From positions 17,422,001 to 17,486,000 of the forward strand of contig OY740797.1 in NCBI GenBank assembly GCA_963514005.1: a DNA stretch of 64,000 nucleotides. Direction: 5' to 3'. Of this stretch, positions 23,866 through 33,332 are shown one piece after another (positions within the stretch are counted from its first letter, which is position 1; each line of letters starts with the position of its first letter). A program made the translations under genes and the position numbers. Under the pieces are notes generated by a model. It searched no databases. It saw only the letters and a list, made by a program, of their open reading frames with translations, and was not told where the DNA came from. The stretch is from Raja brachyura (lineage: Eukaryota).

Positions 23866-26800
23866 TCTGCGGTTCTTCAATAAGTCATCTCACAGACCTG
23901 CACCAGCCAGTTTATTATATTGCAACTATAAGTCAAGAAGTGATGAGTCGGGTAAAAATGAGACTTATTTCAGTGATCAGTAAATTAGAGAGGGAAAGGC
24001 CAGGGGAAAGAAAGGAAGAGAAAGAGGAGAAGCAAAAGAAACTTGGTAGTAGCTGCACCTGAAAGACAGCAGTGTTGTTGTTAATCCCTGATCTCTCGTC
24101 CCTGAGGTGAAAATATTCAGCAGGTTATCGGGTTCTTATTTCACAACCCCTTCCCCCCCCCATAAATACTCGCAGAGCTCACACAGTTGGTGAGTTCACT
24201 AGGCTTCCAACCTCCTGAGCAGGCTCAGGGGATTACAATAAAGTGGCACATCAATCTCATTTAATGGATTGTTATCATATTAATTGAGCTTTTGAGGCTG
24301 TTTTGGAATTGTAATGTCTACGGGCAATGGCTCATTTGTGATAGCTTGCCTGATGTTTGGTGGGACACAGATTTAGAGTGTAATTTAAGTGCACTTCAGT
24401 GATCTGCTGTTTGTTACCCCCTCACCCATAACACGTTAGGGGGATAATTACCCAGGGTAATGTGGAAATGTTGTATAATGAATCAACCTTGGACAAGATG
24501 AGAATTGGGCCTCTGTAGGGCCTAGCCACACGAGTGTGTTTCTCAACAGTGTTTATCGTGGGCATTGTGATGTGGTGGGGAAACTGGCACAGCAACACTT
24601 TAACGATTCAAATATCACCAGATTTGAAGTAAAATGTGATAATGCAATGAAAAGGACTTCTAATTCTGGTTTAGCCATGGCAACAGTGAATTCTCAAAGA
24701 AAAGGAATTAGGGCATTTGACCACTACACCGAGTGCAAAGTGTGGCCGTCCCACTCGCGGGCCCAGTTGTGTTTGTACCAAAAACATTTCTATTTAGACA
24801 CCTGATTCTGACATTGAATTACGTTTTTAGCACTGGGGGGTTTGCCCATTCTCCTGCTATTCCTCACTCATGAGATGGAATCAGCTTGCTGGTAAATTAG
24901 CTCCAACGAATTCTTCCTCTGCTCGAAGTAACTTGTGACTTACTACTTTGGGGTTAATGCACTTCCCATTCATATCTATAGGTCTGATTGGGTTAAATAT
25001 CTCCAAACAGTCCGCTCCAGCTGCAAAGTTTGTTCTATATGATAGGTTAAGTCGATTAACATCTTCCTTTTACAGATAGTGGGATCACCTTTTTCCCCCC
25101 TTTATGAGGTATATTGTTCCATTCCTCATATTTGTGTTACCTGGGCAAGAGGGAGAACAAATGATTTCTCGCTCTCCCACAGCTCAGCCATCCTGGTATG
25201 GTGATGGGACCAACTCTTTTAACATATCCCTTCACTCCCTACAAGAGAACTCTCAAGCTTTGCTCAATACCTGCCTAAGGCAATAATGCTGTTGGTGGTA
25301 GGCCAGGATGCTGATTTTAACACTGTGGCACTAACTACTCATATGGGAACACTACATACAAAGTTATTCTGTGTTGTTTCAGAGGCTCCAAAGTTGGTAC
25401 TGGTTTCCATATCACCATCTTGGCAATGAGCTTTGAATTTTTCATAACTACAGTAATGACAATGTATTGAGCTATGCTTGGTACTGCTTCCACATTAATT
25501 CTCCTCAAGTCCAATAGATTGGACGTGTTTAGTGGAAAGATTGTTTGTGATGGCCACATCACAATACTGTACATTGGAATATTTCCATAGTAGAATTATT
25601 AGCCTCATTGAGGAAAATCTGTTGCAGATATGATTGTGTATGAATCTTTTAATAAAATGGCAGGAATCAGCATGCCAGGTACTTTCTCAAAAGCCTGTGC
25701 AGATTGTAAGTCAATGCAAGATAGAACAAATCTTGTCCACACTGTAACCTAACTCTATTTACTGTTCTGAGAGGATGCTGCAAACAGCACAGGTTGATTG
25801 ATGTGTGCACACTGAAAGCTCTTAGAGATAAGTAGCAATTCGCCTGTGAAGTAAAGAGCAGCAGTGTAAGTAGATTCCTCCTCTCCAACGGCAGCCCTGC
25901 AGTGTAGGGCTCTGGAATAATTAATGCTCACAGCAGAGTAAATGAGTAATTTACTGTTGATGTCACTCAGTGATAACATTGTGCTATCAGGTGGAAGATA
26001 CAATAGAACTACATCCATCTGAGTGAGATCTTACTGGGATCTTTGGTCCAACATGATTAAGAATTGTACTTAGCAAGCTCTTTCTGACTCTTTTGTGGAA
26101 TCCAGACGTGGTCTGTTGGGATGAAGACTGGATGAGAGCTTTATGAATGTTATAGAATGTACAGCACAGGAGCAGGCCATGGCATTATGGAATTGTACCG
26201 TGTAGATCCTGGCTCAGAATAAAGCCCATATCTCATTGATGAACATGAAAGATGACAGAGTACGGTCAGTCCATCAATAATGCAACATCCTTAAAGGAGA
26301 ATCAAGTTAGCCCACTCCCGGGGTCTCTTCTCGCTGTCCCGAATCTTCTCCTCTCCCACAATTATTCAATTTACTTTCAAAAGTTAATATTCAATCTCTG
26401 CACAAAACCAAACTAAATTGTGCAATCCAAACCCTTTCCATTTGTTAAATTAAAAACAAATCCTCACAAAGTCAAGGATTTCATAATCTTGTTAATTGCT
26501 CTGTTAACTTACTATACAACCTTTGAGGACAGTCACTATTATACCTGTGCTTGCATCCCCATTCATATTGTATTTACTACCATCTCCACATACTTCCTGA
26601 TAAAACACCGCAGTTCAACAGGCCGACATAAACATTTACACTCCACTCAAGTCTTCTCACATTCTATTTCATCCAAATCTGTTTGATTTTCAAGGGACAG
26701 CTATCATCGGCCTGTCTCCCTCATATGTTGACCTCACTTTACAATAAATGCAAACTATTCACCTCAACCACAACCTGCGATAACACCTCCTTACAACAAC

Positions 26801-27239
26801 AAAGAAGGAGGCCCTTTGCTCATTGGGCCCACATCAGCTCCCATTAATCCCATTAATCCCGGTCCCCCATCTCCTCAGTTCTCTCTCGCACATGTCTATC
26901 AACTCCCTTTTGATTGTTTTTGCCATTAACCTGCAGTAAAGGGTAATTTGCAGCAGCTAATTAAACATCTTTTGAATGTGGGAGGAAATTGAAGTGCCTG
27001 GAAGGTAATCCACAGGATCACAGAATATGCAAACTCTACACAGACATCAGCCAGATCCCTGGAGCAGTGAGGCAGCAGAGCTACATGCTGCACCCACCAG
27101 TTGCGATTTTAACCATTCTCCACTCAGGTAACTTTCTCCTGAATTCCCCTTGGATTAATTAGTATTTAGCTTGTTTTTATGCCCTTTAGTTTTGGATTGC
27201 CTCCACTGATAAATTCTTGTCCTCTGTGCATGCTACTTT

Positions 27240-27440
27240 CAGTGCAGTGGTGGCGCAGTGGTTAAGTTACCAGACTAGTTCAGAGACCTAGTCAAATCCC
27301 AGCATACCAGCTGTGGAATTTAAACTCGATTAATAATCTGCGATTGCAAATTCAAAAACTCATTAGGAATAATGACCTAGATCCACTCGATTGTGATTAA
27401 AAACCCACCTGGTTCCCTTGGGAAGGAAACCTGCAGCCTA
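27240..27440 (+). mobile_element. Second tRNA-derived SINE family (DeuSINE/SacSINE1-like), degenerate
   Basis: A-box-like GTGGCGCAGTGG and AAAAACCCACCTGGTTC..GGGAAGGAAACCTGC core. A reverse copy lies at ~34740-34960. Confidence 0.5.
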
Positions 27441-27676
27441 CTGAATTCTATCCTCCTCCCACTCTCCCACATACACACACCCATTCACGGAAACCTACAA
27501 ATGTGTACACAAGCACACCTGGGAATTGGTGACTTTATTTGGCTTCCATCCTCTTGAGCATTCTCATGGAATTTCAATAAAGTGGCACAGAAATCTCATT
27601 CCAATAGATTATTATTATACTGATAGTGTTTCTGATGCTGTTTTGGAATTGTATTTTTACCCCAAGTGAAAACATG

Positions 27677-27785
27677 AATAGTAAGATTAAACGAGAACTT
27701 ACCAGTTTGAAGTTTGATCTTTATTTTATGAGGAGTTGCGATGAGGGATTTCGTGAAGAACCCGCCAGCACGCATGCGCGACATA
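27677..27785 (-). repeat. DIRS right ITR (27750-27785) plus 3' extension (27677-27749)
   Basis: TTCGTGAAGAACCCGCCAGCACGCATGCGCGACATA is the exact reverse complement of 32975-33010. 27677-27755 is the reverse complement of 27902-27980 with 2 mismatches. Confidence 0.93.
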
Positions 27786-27901
27786 CTTCAAAGCAGCGGT
27801 GTGGAATCACAGAACCAAGACCAAGAAATGACTTGTTATAGTAAGATTGAAGAGACTCTAGTTACCAGTTGACTTTATGATCGAGGGTTGGGAGCGGAGG
27901 G

Positions 27902-28014
27902 CACGAAATCCCTCATCGCAACTCCTCATAAAATAAAGATCAAACTTCAAACTGGCAAGTTCTTGTTTAATCTTACTATTTCATTTCGGAGTCACGTGAG
28001 TGACTTCGTGAAGA
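27902..28014 (-). repeat. DIRS internal complementary region (ICR)
   Basis: 27902-27980 is complementary to the 3' terminus and 27979-28014 is the exact reverse complement of 33001-33036. Together they spell the circle junction CTTACTATTTCATTTCGG. Confidence 0.93.
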
Positions 28015-28162
28015 CTTCAAAGCTTCTGTGATTTCACGCCCTGGACAACGTCCATGCTATCACACACGCTACTGAAAGGATGGACAGGAGTAACCAATTT
28101 CCGAAGCTACTATTCTGAAAAATAATAATATTTATTAATAACAACAACAAAGAAAAAACCCC

Positions 28163-29146
28163 TCACTGAGGGGTGACTGTATGTTCTCGGCCTGCATCTA
28201 GCACGGCTCCTGCGAACATTCCAGGTATGGTGACGGGTTTATTATAAAACCGCTGAAAGGTGGCTTCACTGGCCCATCCCGCTGTGGCAAGTATCTGGTC
28301 CATGGGCACCTCCATGACCTTTGCCGCCGACGTAGATGCTGCCCTGGTGGAATGGGATTTAAAAACATCAGTGTCAATACCTGCCTTTTTTAAGACGATC
28401 CTGAGCCATCTGGAGATCGTCTGTGCCGTCACTCTATGGTGAGGTTTTTTGTGGCTGATGAGCAGGTATTGCTCCATTCCCCTTAATTTCCTCGTCACTT
28501 TAATATAGTGGCGGATATGGGTGGCTATGCACAGCCTAGCATCAGCGGGGTATGCTGGAAACACCAGCTGCAGCCCTGTGAATCCAGGTCTATGCTGCTT
28601 CAGCAATTCATCAATGAAGAAAGTGACCCGCTCAGGGGTAGAGATCATCTTGTCGATATTGGCCTTGTGAAACGTCTGCACCCTTTGTGCCGAAGTGAGC
28701 GCCATCAACATCACCAACTTCAGGGTGAGTTTGTCCAGTTCAAGCCCAGCCATGAGTGACCACGTCCTGAGTAGGGTCAGTACTTTTCCAATATCCCAGG
28801 TGATGTTGTAACGGGGCCTTGGCGGGTTGGAATTAAATATTCCCCGCATCAGCTTGGAGACCAGTTTGTTAGATCCTACCTCAATATTGAGGTAGGATGA
28901 TAGGGCACTCCTGGCGCTATTGATGGCACTGTAACTGAGATGTTCATCATGGTGTAGCCCCGCAAGAAATTCCAGCACGTCTGTGATGGAGACGGAGTCA
29001 TATGCAATGTCCAGGCGGCCGCAATAGGTTTCCCATTTCCTGATGTGCGATAAGTATTGCCGTCTTGAGGACTCCCTGCATGATGCTCCCATGGTATCCA
29101 TTGTCCTTGATGATAGACCATACTGTAGTAATGGTCTGTTCAAATC
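28163..29146 (-). CDS. DIRS tyrosine recombinase (ORF3); start uncertain
   Basis: Open frame 29152-28163 with SAQRVQT (catalytic R), HSTR, AGW and FYNKP (catalytic Y). First in-frame ATG is at 29101; possible splice acceptor at 29147/29146. Confidence 0.92.
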   Translation of the reverse strand, partial: DLNRPLLQYGLSSRTMDTMGASCRESSRRQYLSHIRKWETYCGRLDIAYDSVSITDVLEFLAGLHHDEHLSYSAINSARSALSSYLNIEVGSNKLVSKLMRGIFNSNPPRPRYNITWDIGKVLTLLRTWSLMAGLELDKLTLKLVMLMALTSAQRVQTFHKANIDKMISTPERVTFFIDELLKQHRPGFTGLQLVFPAYPADARLCIATHIRHYIKVTRKLRGMEQYLLISHKKPHHRVTAQTISRWLRIVLKKAGIDTDVFKSHSTRAASTSAAKVMEVPMDQILATAGWASEATFQRFYNKPVTIPGMFAGAVLDAGREHTVTPQ

Positions 29147-31068
29147 CTGCAAGCCAATAGATCCAAGTGACTATAGCAGGGGTGTGGTTTCCCTGTGACA
29201 GGGTTCGTCACCAATTGTGGGCAACCCTCTAAGAGGACCCATGGTTGACTTATCATTCCAAGGACCACCGGATACCATGACTGCGTAGGCCAGTCGGGTA
29301 TGATAAGGATGCCCTTAGCAGCATCGAGCTGGATTTTCCGCAATACCCGACTGATGAGGCAAAATGGAGGAAATGCATAGAAAAACCATTTCCCCCAATC
29401 TAGCGAGAACGCGTCCATCGCCATTGCCCCAGGATCTGGTTCCCATGATGCGTATGTTGGTACCTGATGGTTCAACCGTGACGCAAAAAGGTCAATATCC
29501 GGTTTACCAAATTTGGCTGTAATTTTGGTGAATATTTGGGAGTTCAACATCCACTCGATGTTGTCATTAAATTTCCGTGACCTGGTGTCCGCCACTGTGT
29601 TGAGCTTACCTGGTAAGTAGGTAGCTGAGATCCAAATATTCTGTTGAATACACCAGAGCCAAATTGTATTTGCCAATTCATCACATGAAATTGACCTGGT
29701 ACTGCCCATATGATTCAGATATGCCACCGCAGTGGTGTTGTCTATTTGGAGACGGACATGAGTGTCAGTAATGTTTGAACAATAAGCTCTTAGTCCGTGG
29801 AATGCTCCCAGCATCTCCAAATAGTTTATCCCCTGTGCTGACAACAGAGTAGCTTCAAGTGAGTCCCATCTACCTCCACAACTGGTGTTGTTGTCCGTAG
29901 CTCCCCAGCCATGGGAGCTTGCGTCTGTTTGTAAGTATACCACCGGACGAGGCACAATGATGGGTTTGAATGAGTTATGGATATTGCCAATCCACCATTG
30001 CAACTCAATTTTTGCCTTGAGCGGCAGCTGCATAGGTCTATCAAAATGTCCAGCATTTGATTTTAATGCTGCTATTTTTGATCTTTGCAAATTTTGATAA
30101 TGTAAAGGTCCAAATTGAGCAGCTGGAAAGACTGCTACAATTTTCCCAATTACCTTGGCAGTTTGTCTAATTGACGGTATACTGGCGCAGACCAGATTCT
30201 TACATGCTTGAAACACATCCCCAACTTTATTAGTTGGTATGGTGGTGATCATGTGATTGGCGTCTACCGTGAACCCCAGGTAGTCCATGATCTGTGCGGG
30301 GAAGAACTTTGATTTGTCTGGATGGATAATAAATCCCATTTTTTGAAAAATTTCCACTGTGGCTGAAACTGCCAATTCTGCTGACTCCAGTGTATGTCCA
30401 ATTATCAGAATGTCATCCAAATAAGCCATGACCGTATGATTTTGCCTCCTTAGTGTAGCCAGTACTGGCTTGAGTAGTTTAGTGAACAGTCTGGGGGCTG
30501 TGGTAAGCCCATTGGGTAATGCTTTGTATTGCCAAAGCTGATCCATCCAGATAAACTTCAAGAACTTTCTGTGATGTTTCCGAATGGATACTGAATAGTA
30601 TGCATCTTTTAAATCAATGCATGCCATGAAGCAGCCCTTCGAAATCAAAGATTTGGCTGTTTCGAATGTGTCCATTTTGAAATGGGTATATTTTACAAAG
30701 GTATTCAAGTGAGTTAAATCTATAATGACCCGACATCCACCATCTTTTTTGGTTTTAGTAAATATATTAGATACAAATTCAATTGGTTCATGTGTGGTTC
30801 TTTCTATCACCCCTTTCTCTTGTAATCTCAAGATTTCAGCATAGCCTTCTGCTGATTCCTTTTTGGAAAGTGCAAATTTGCGATTTGGCATATGCTGAGG
30901 TGGAGGCAATTGGCCATTAATAAACTCAATTTCATAACCCTGAATACTTTGTAAGATAAACTCATCTGAGGTGATGGTTTCCCATGCCTCCTTAAATCCC
31001 CGTAGTCTGCCCCCAACCTGTGAGGTTAGACATGCAAGTGCATGGAATCCAGACCGCCTTACCTTCAT
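29140..31068 (-). CDS. DIRS ORF2: reverse transcriptase, RNase H and Dam-like methyltransferase domain (642 aa)
   Basis: RT motifs DLKDAY, LPNGLTTAP, YLDD; RNase H motifs TDAS, INYLE, IDN, NTVAD; MT-like DIDLFAS and YAFPPF. Uninterrupted. Confidence 0.95.
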   Translation of the reverse strand: MKVRRSGFHALACLTSQVGGRLRGFKEAWETITSDEFILQSIQGYEIEFINGQLPPPQHMPNRKFALSKKESAEGYAEILRLQEKGVIERTTHEPIEFVSNIFTKTKKDGGCRVIIDLTHLNTFVKYTHFKMDTFETAKSLISKGCFMACIDLKDAYYSVSIRKHHRKFLKFIWMDQLWQYKALPNGLTTAPRLFTKLLKPVLATLRRQNHTVMAYLDDILIIGHTLESAELAVSATVEIFQKMGFIIHPDKSKFFPAQIMDYLGFTVDANHMITTIPTNKVGDVFQACKNLVCASIPSIRQTAKVIGKIVAVFPAAQFGPLHYQNLQRSKIAALKSNAGHFDRPMQLPLKAKIELQWWIGNIHNSFKPIIVPRPVVYLQTDASSHGWGATDNNTSCGGRWDSLEATLLSAQGINYLEMLGAFHGLRAYCSNITDTHVRLQIDNTTAVAYLNHMGSTRSISCDELANTIWLWCIQQNIWISATYLPGKLNTVADTRSRKFNDNIEWMLNSQIFTKITAKFGKPDIDLFASRLNHQVPTYASWEPDPGAMAMDAFSLDWGKWFFYAFPPFCLISRVLRKIQLDAAKGILIIPDWPTQSWYPVVLGMISQPWVLLEGCPQLVTNPVTGKPHPCYSHLDLLACRI

Positions 31069-31070
31069 GG

Positions 31071-32837
31071 TTATCGGTGGTTCCTAATATGTTTGGTGGG
31101 ACGTGGAGGTGCTGGGTTGCTTAGTTGATGTGGAGTCCGCATTTTCCATGCTGGCCGCTGAGGGCCTAGTCCTAAAAAAGGCCTGGGCTGAGGAGGCTGT
31201 TGATATTGAGGAGGCGCCGGAATGTAGGTCCTTGCTGGCCTGTCGGTTTGACCTCGCGGCCTAAAATAAGGTGTTTTCTTGGCCGGAAGTCTGGTCACAG
31301 TATGTGATCTCATCAGACCCACTGTTTTAGCATGGTCATCTAGGTCTTTGACCTGCTTCGGGAGGTCTTCTCCGAACAGCTGTCTGGGTGGTGGTGTAGG
31401 AGGTGCTCTGCATAGTCCCGCAAATTTGGGGTTCAATGAAGGTTTAATTATGCTTTTCCTGAAAGCGTTGATTTCGTACTGCGTATTACAAAGCAGTGCT
31501 AGAGCATCCTCCTGTTCGGTGTTTAAATCAACTCCGTCCACTGACCTTGCAAAAGCGGTAATCCCAGACGTAAGTAGTTTCAGGATTCTCTGCAGTTTCA
31601 CTTCCTGCGCTCTGATGCCCGGGCTGATATTGCCCCAGATTGGCATGTTTACAATCGGCACGTTGAGTGAATTGCAATTTCCTGGAGCCTTGTGTCTTTC
31701 CATGGCCTTCGCAAGGACCTCCTCCTGTAGCTGGTGGTTCGTGAGGTAATCTATGGTCGCGGCCAGTTTAGTGTTGAGGGGTTGTCCTGAAGATACGGGT
31801 AACCCGAACCTGGCTGCCACATCCAGGAGCTCTTCCTGGGGGACCTCAGGTGCTGCTGGGGCATGTACCAGGATCTCCTCCTCTTCTGGCCTCATGCTGT
31901 CCATAGATGGTGATGGGGATATGTCCATAAGTCCCCTGGAACTGTGAGCGTCCTGTCTTTGATTTAGTAGGACTTGTTCCAATATCCTCTCCATACGGTC
32001 CAAGCGCCCTTCATCGTGCATGTATGGGCGGTTAGAGTCCTCATGCCTGAAGGAAGTACTGAGGCTCCCGTCGTCGGCCCGTACCTCGTCGAGGTAATAT
32101 CGGTGCCGTGACGATGTGTCGCTACCAGCCGCCTCGGCGAAGCTGAGCGATTCCCGCGCGGATCTGCTCAAGCGCCTCCTTTTCGCTGAGCTGCATCCGG
32201 CTGCCTCTGAGGGCATAGGTGGGGAGAGGTCGGCACCCAACGCCGCAGCGTGGTGACCCGACATCCGCGCAGGCTTGCCGACTGTCCTTGATCTGGACCC
32301 AGACGGCGTATGGTCCCGATCCGCCCCCAGCGGGGGAAGCGGTGACCGTGACGAGACTCCACCCGCGTGACTCCTCCTGGTCCCCCTGGGTGGTGAGTCC
32401 ATGCTGGCCCTCCTTGGTCTGCCAGTGGATTCGGGTCTCGCCGATTCACCAGACCACATTCTGGTGGCTCCTGGTGAGACCTCAGCCCTAGAAGGGCTAG
32501 GTAGTCGAGCTCTATCCCTGGTTCCTTCGAGAGGGCTCAGGGAGAAGGGCCGTGCGGCAGCACGCGGGTCCCTTTTGCTCGTCTCCGCCAATGACCCAGT
32601 GGGTGACAGAGAAATGGAGTCAGGGTGCCCCTGCTCCGGCGCTGTACCGAGTTCTTGCTCTGCGGGACCCCCGCTAGAGCACAGCTGCGTCGGTGAACCG
32701 GGTCCTGTGATAACAGTGCTCCCCGATTTGCGCGCCTTTTTCCTGGCCCGTCCTACCGCTGTAGACGGGGACTCCGGGATGGGTGGCCGGCAACTCCTTC
32801 CAGAAGTTCTGCGGCCCTTACTCCTTTTTACGTCCAT
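31071..32837 (-). CDS. DIRS ORF1, Gag-like protein (588 aa from the ATG at 32837)
   Basis: Long open frame with a disordered S/R/P-rich N half and a C-half containing PGNCNSLNVPIVNMPIW, KPSLNPKFAGLC and LFGEDL. First ATG at 32837 (GACATGG). Confidence 0.85.
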   Translation of the reverse strand: MDVKRSKGRRTSGRSCRPPIPESPSTAVGRARKKARKSGSTVITGPGSPTQLCSSGGPAEQELGTAPEQGHPDSISLSPTGSLAETSKRDPRAAARPFSLSPLEGTRDRARLPSPSRAEVSPGATRMWSGESARPESTGRPRRASMDSPPRGTRRSHAGGVSSRSPLPPLGADRDHTPSGSRSRTVGKPARMSGHHAAALGADLSPPMPSEAAGCSSAKRRRLSRSARESLSFAEAAGSDTSSRHRYYLDEVRADDGSLSTSFRHEDSNRPYMHDEGRLDRMERILEQVLLNQRQDAHSSRGLMDISPSPSMDSMRPEEEEILVHAPAAPEVPQEELLDVAARFGLPVSSGQPLNTKLAATIDYLTNHQLQEEVLAKAMERHKAPGNCNSLNVPIVNMPIWGNISPGIRAQEVKLQRILKLLTSGITAFARSVDGVDLNTEQEDALALLCNTQYEINAFRKSIIKPSLNPKFAGLCRAPPTPPPRQLFGEDLPKQVKDLDDHAKTVGLMRSHTVTRLPAKKTPYFRPRGQTDRPARTYIPAPPQYQQPPQPRPFLGLGPQRPAWKMRTPHQLSNPAPPRPTKHIRNHR

Positions 32838-32974
32838 GTCCCTGTGGGAGAAAACACAATTACTCACACAGGACAACCAACTCAAGGTTGTCTATACTTA
32901 CCTGAGTGGCCCTTATGAAGGGCTGGTGGTGAGCCGCGCTCCTCTCCAGCCGTCGGCTGCAATGCGAGCGACGA

Positions 32975-33036
32975 TATGTCGCGCATGCGTGCTGGCGGGT
33001 TCTTCACGAAGTCACTCACGTGACTCCGAAATGAAA
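32975..33036 (-). repeat. DIRS left ITR and 5' terminus
   Basis: Minus strand starts TTTCATTTCGGAGTCACGTGAGTGACTTCGTGAAGAACCCGCCAGCACGCATGCGCGACATA; matches the ICR and the right ITR exactly. Confidence 0.93.
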
Positions 33037-33332
33037 TTGGAATAGCTTGGTATGGATTAATGATATAGTCTTTCACTTGGGCAAGGGATATGCATTCTTA
33101 TCTGTGTAGGAAGGAACTGCAGATGCTGTTTTATACTGAAAGTAGTCACAATATGCTGCTTGCACATCTCCTGTCGGGGAAAACCTTTCGTTTTCTCCAG
33201 GGATGCTGCGTGACCTGCTGAGTTACTCCAGCATTTTATGTCTGCATTCTCATCCAGTTTATACGTGACTCCAATCCCACAGCAATGGACAAGTGATAAA
33301 GAACTAAAGTTGTTTTTTTGAGATTTGGCATG

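Larger units (their letters stand above)
27677..33036 (-). mobile_element. Full-length DIRS1-type tyrosine-recombinase retrotransposon (5360 bp) in GNAO1 intron 4
   Basis: Three open ORFs (Gag-like, RT/RNaseH/methyltransferase, YR). 36-bp inverted repeats at 27750-27785 and 32975-33010. Internal complementary region 27902-28014 matches both outer ends. No classical TSD; ATT at both junctions. Confidence 0.97.

Noticed and set aside
32838-32885. TTG-initiated N-terminal extension of Gag given by the ORF track
   Set aside because: Lies within the predicted 60-nt leader intron; the ATG at 32837 has a good context.
31279-33045. Plus-strand ORFs of 156 and 214 aa inside the DIRS element
   Set aside because: Antisense to the GC-rich gag frame; stop-poor by composition and without motifs.
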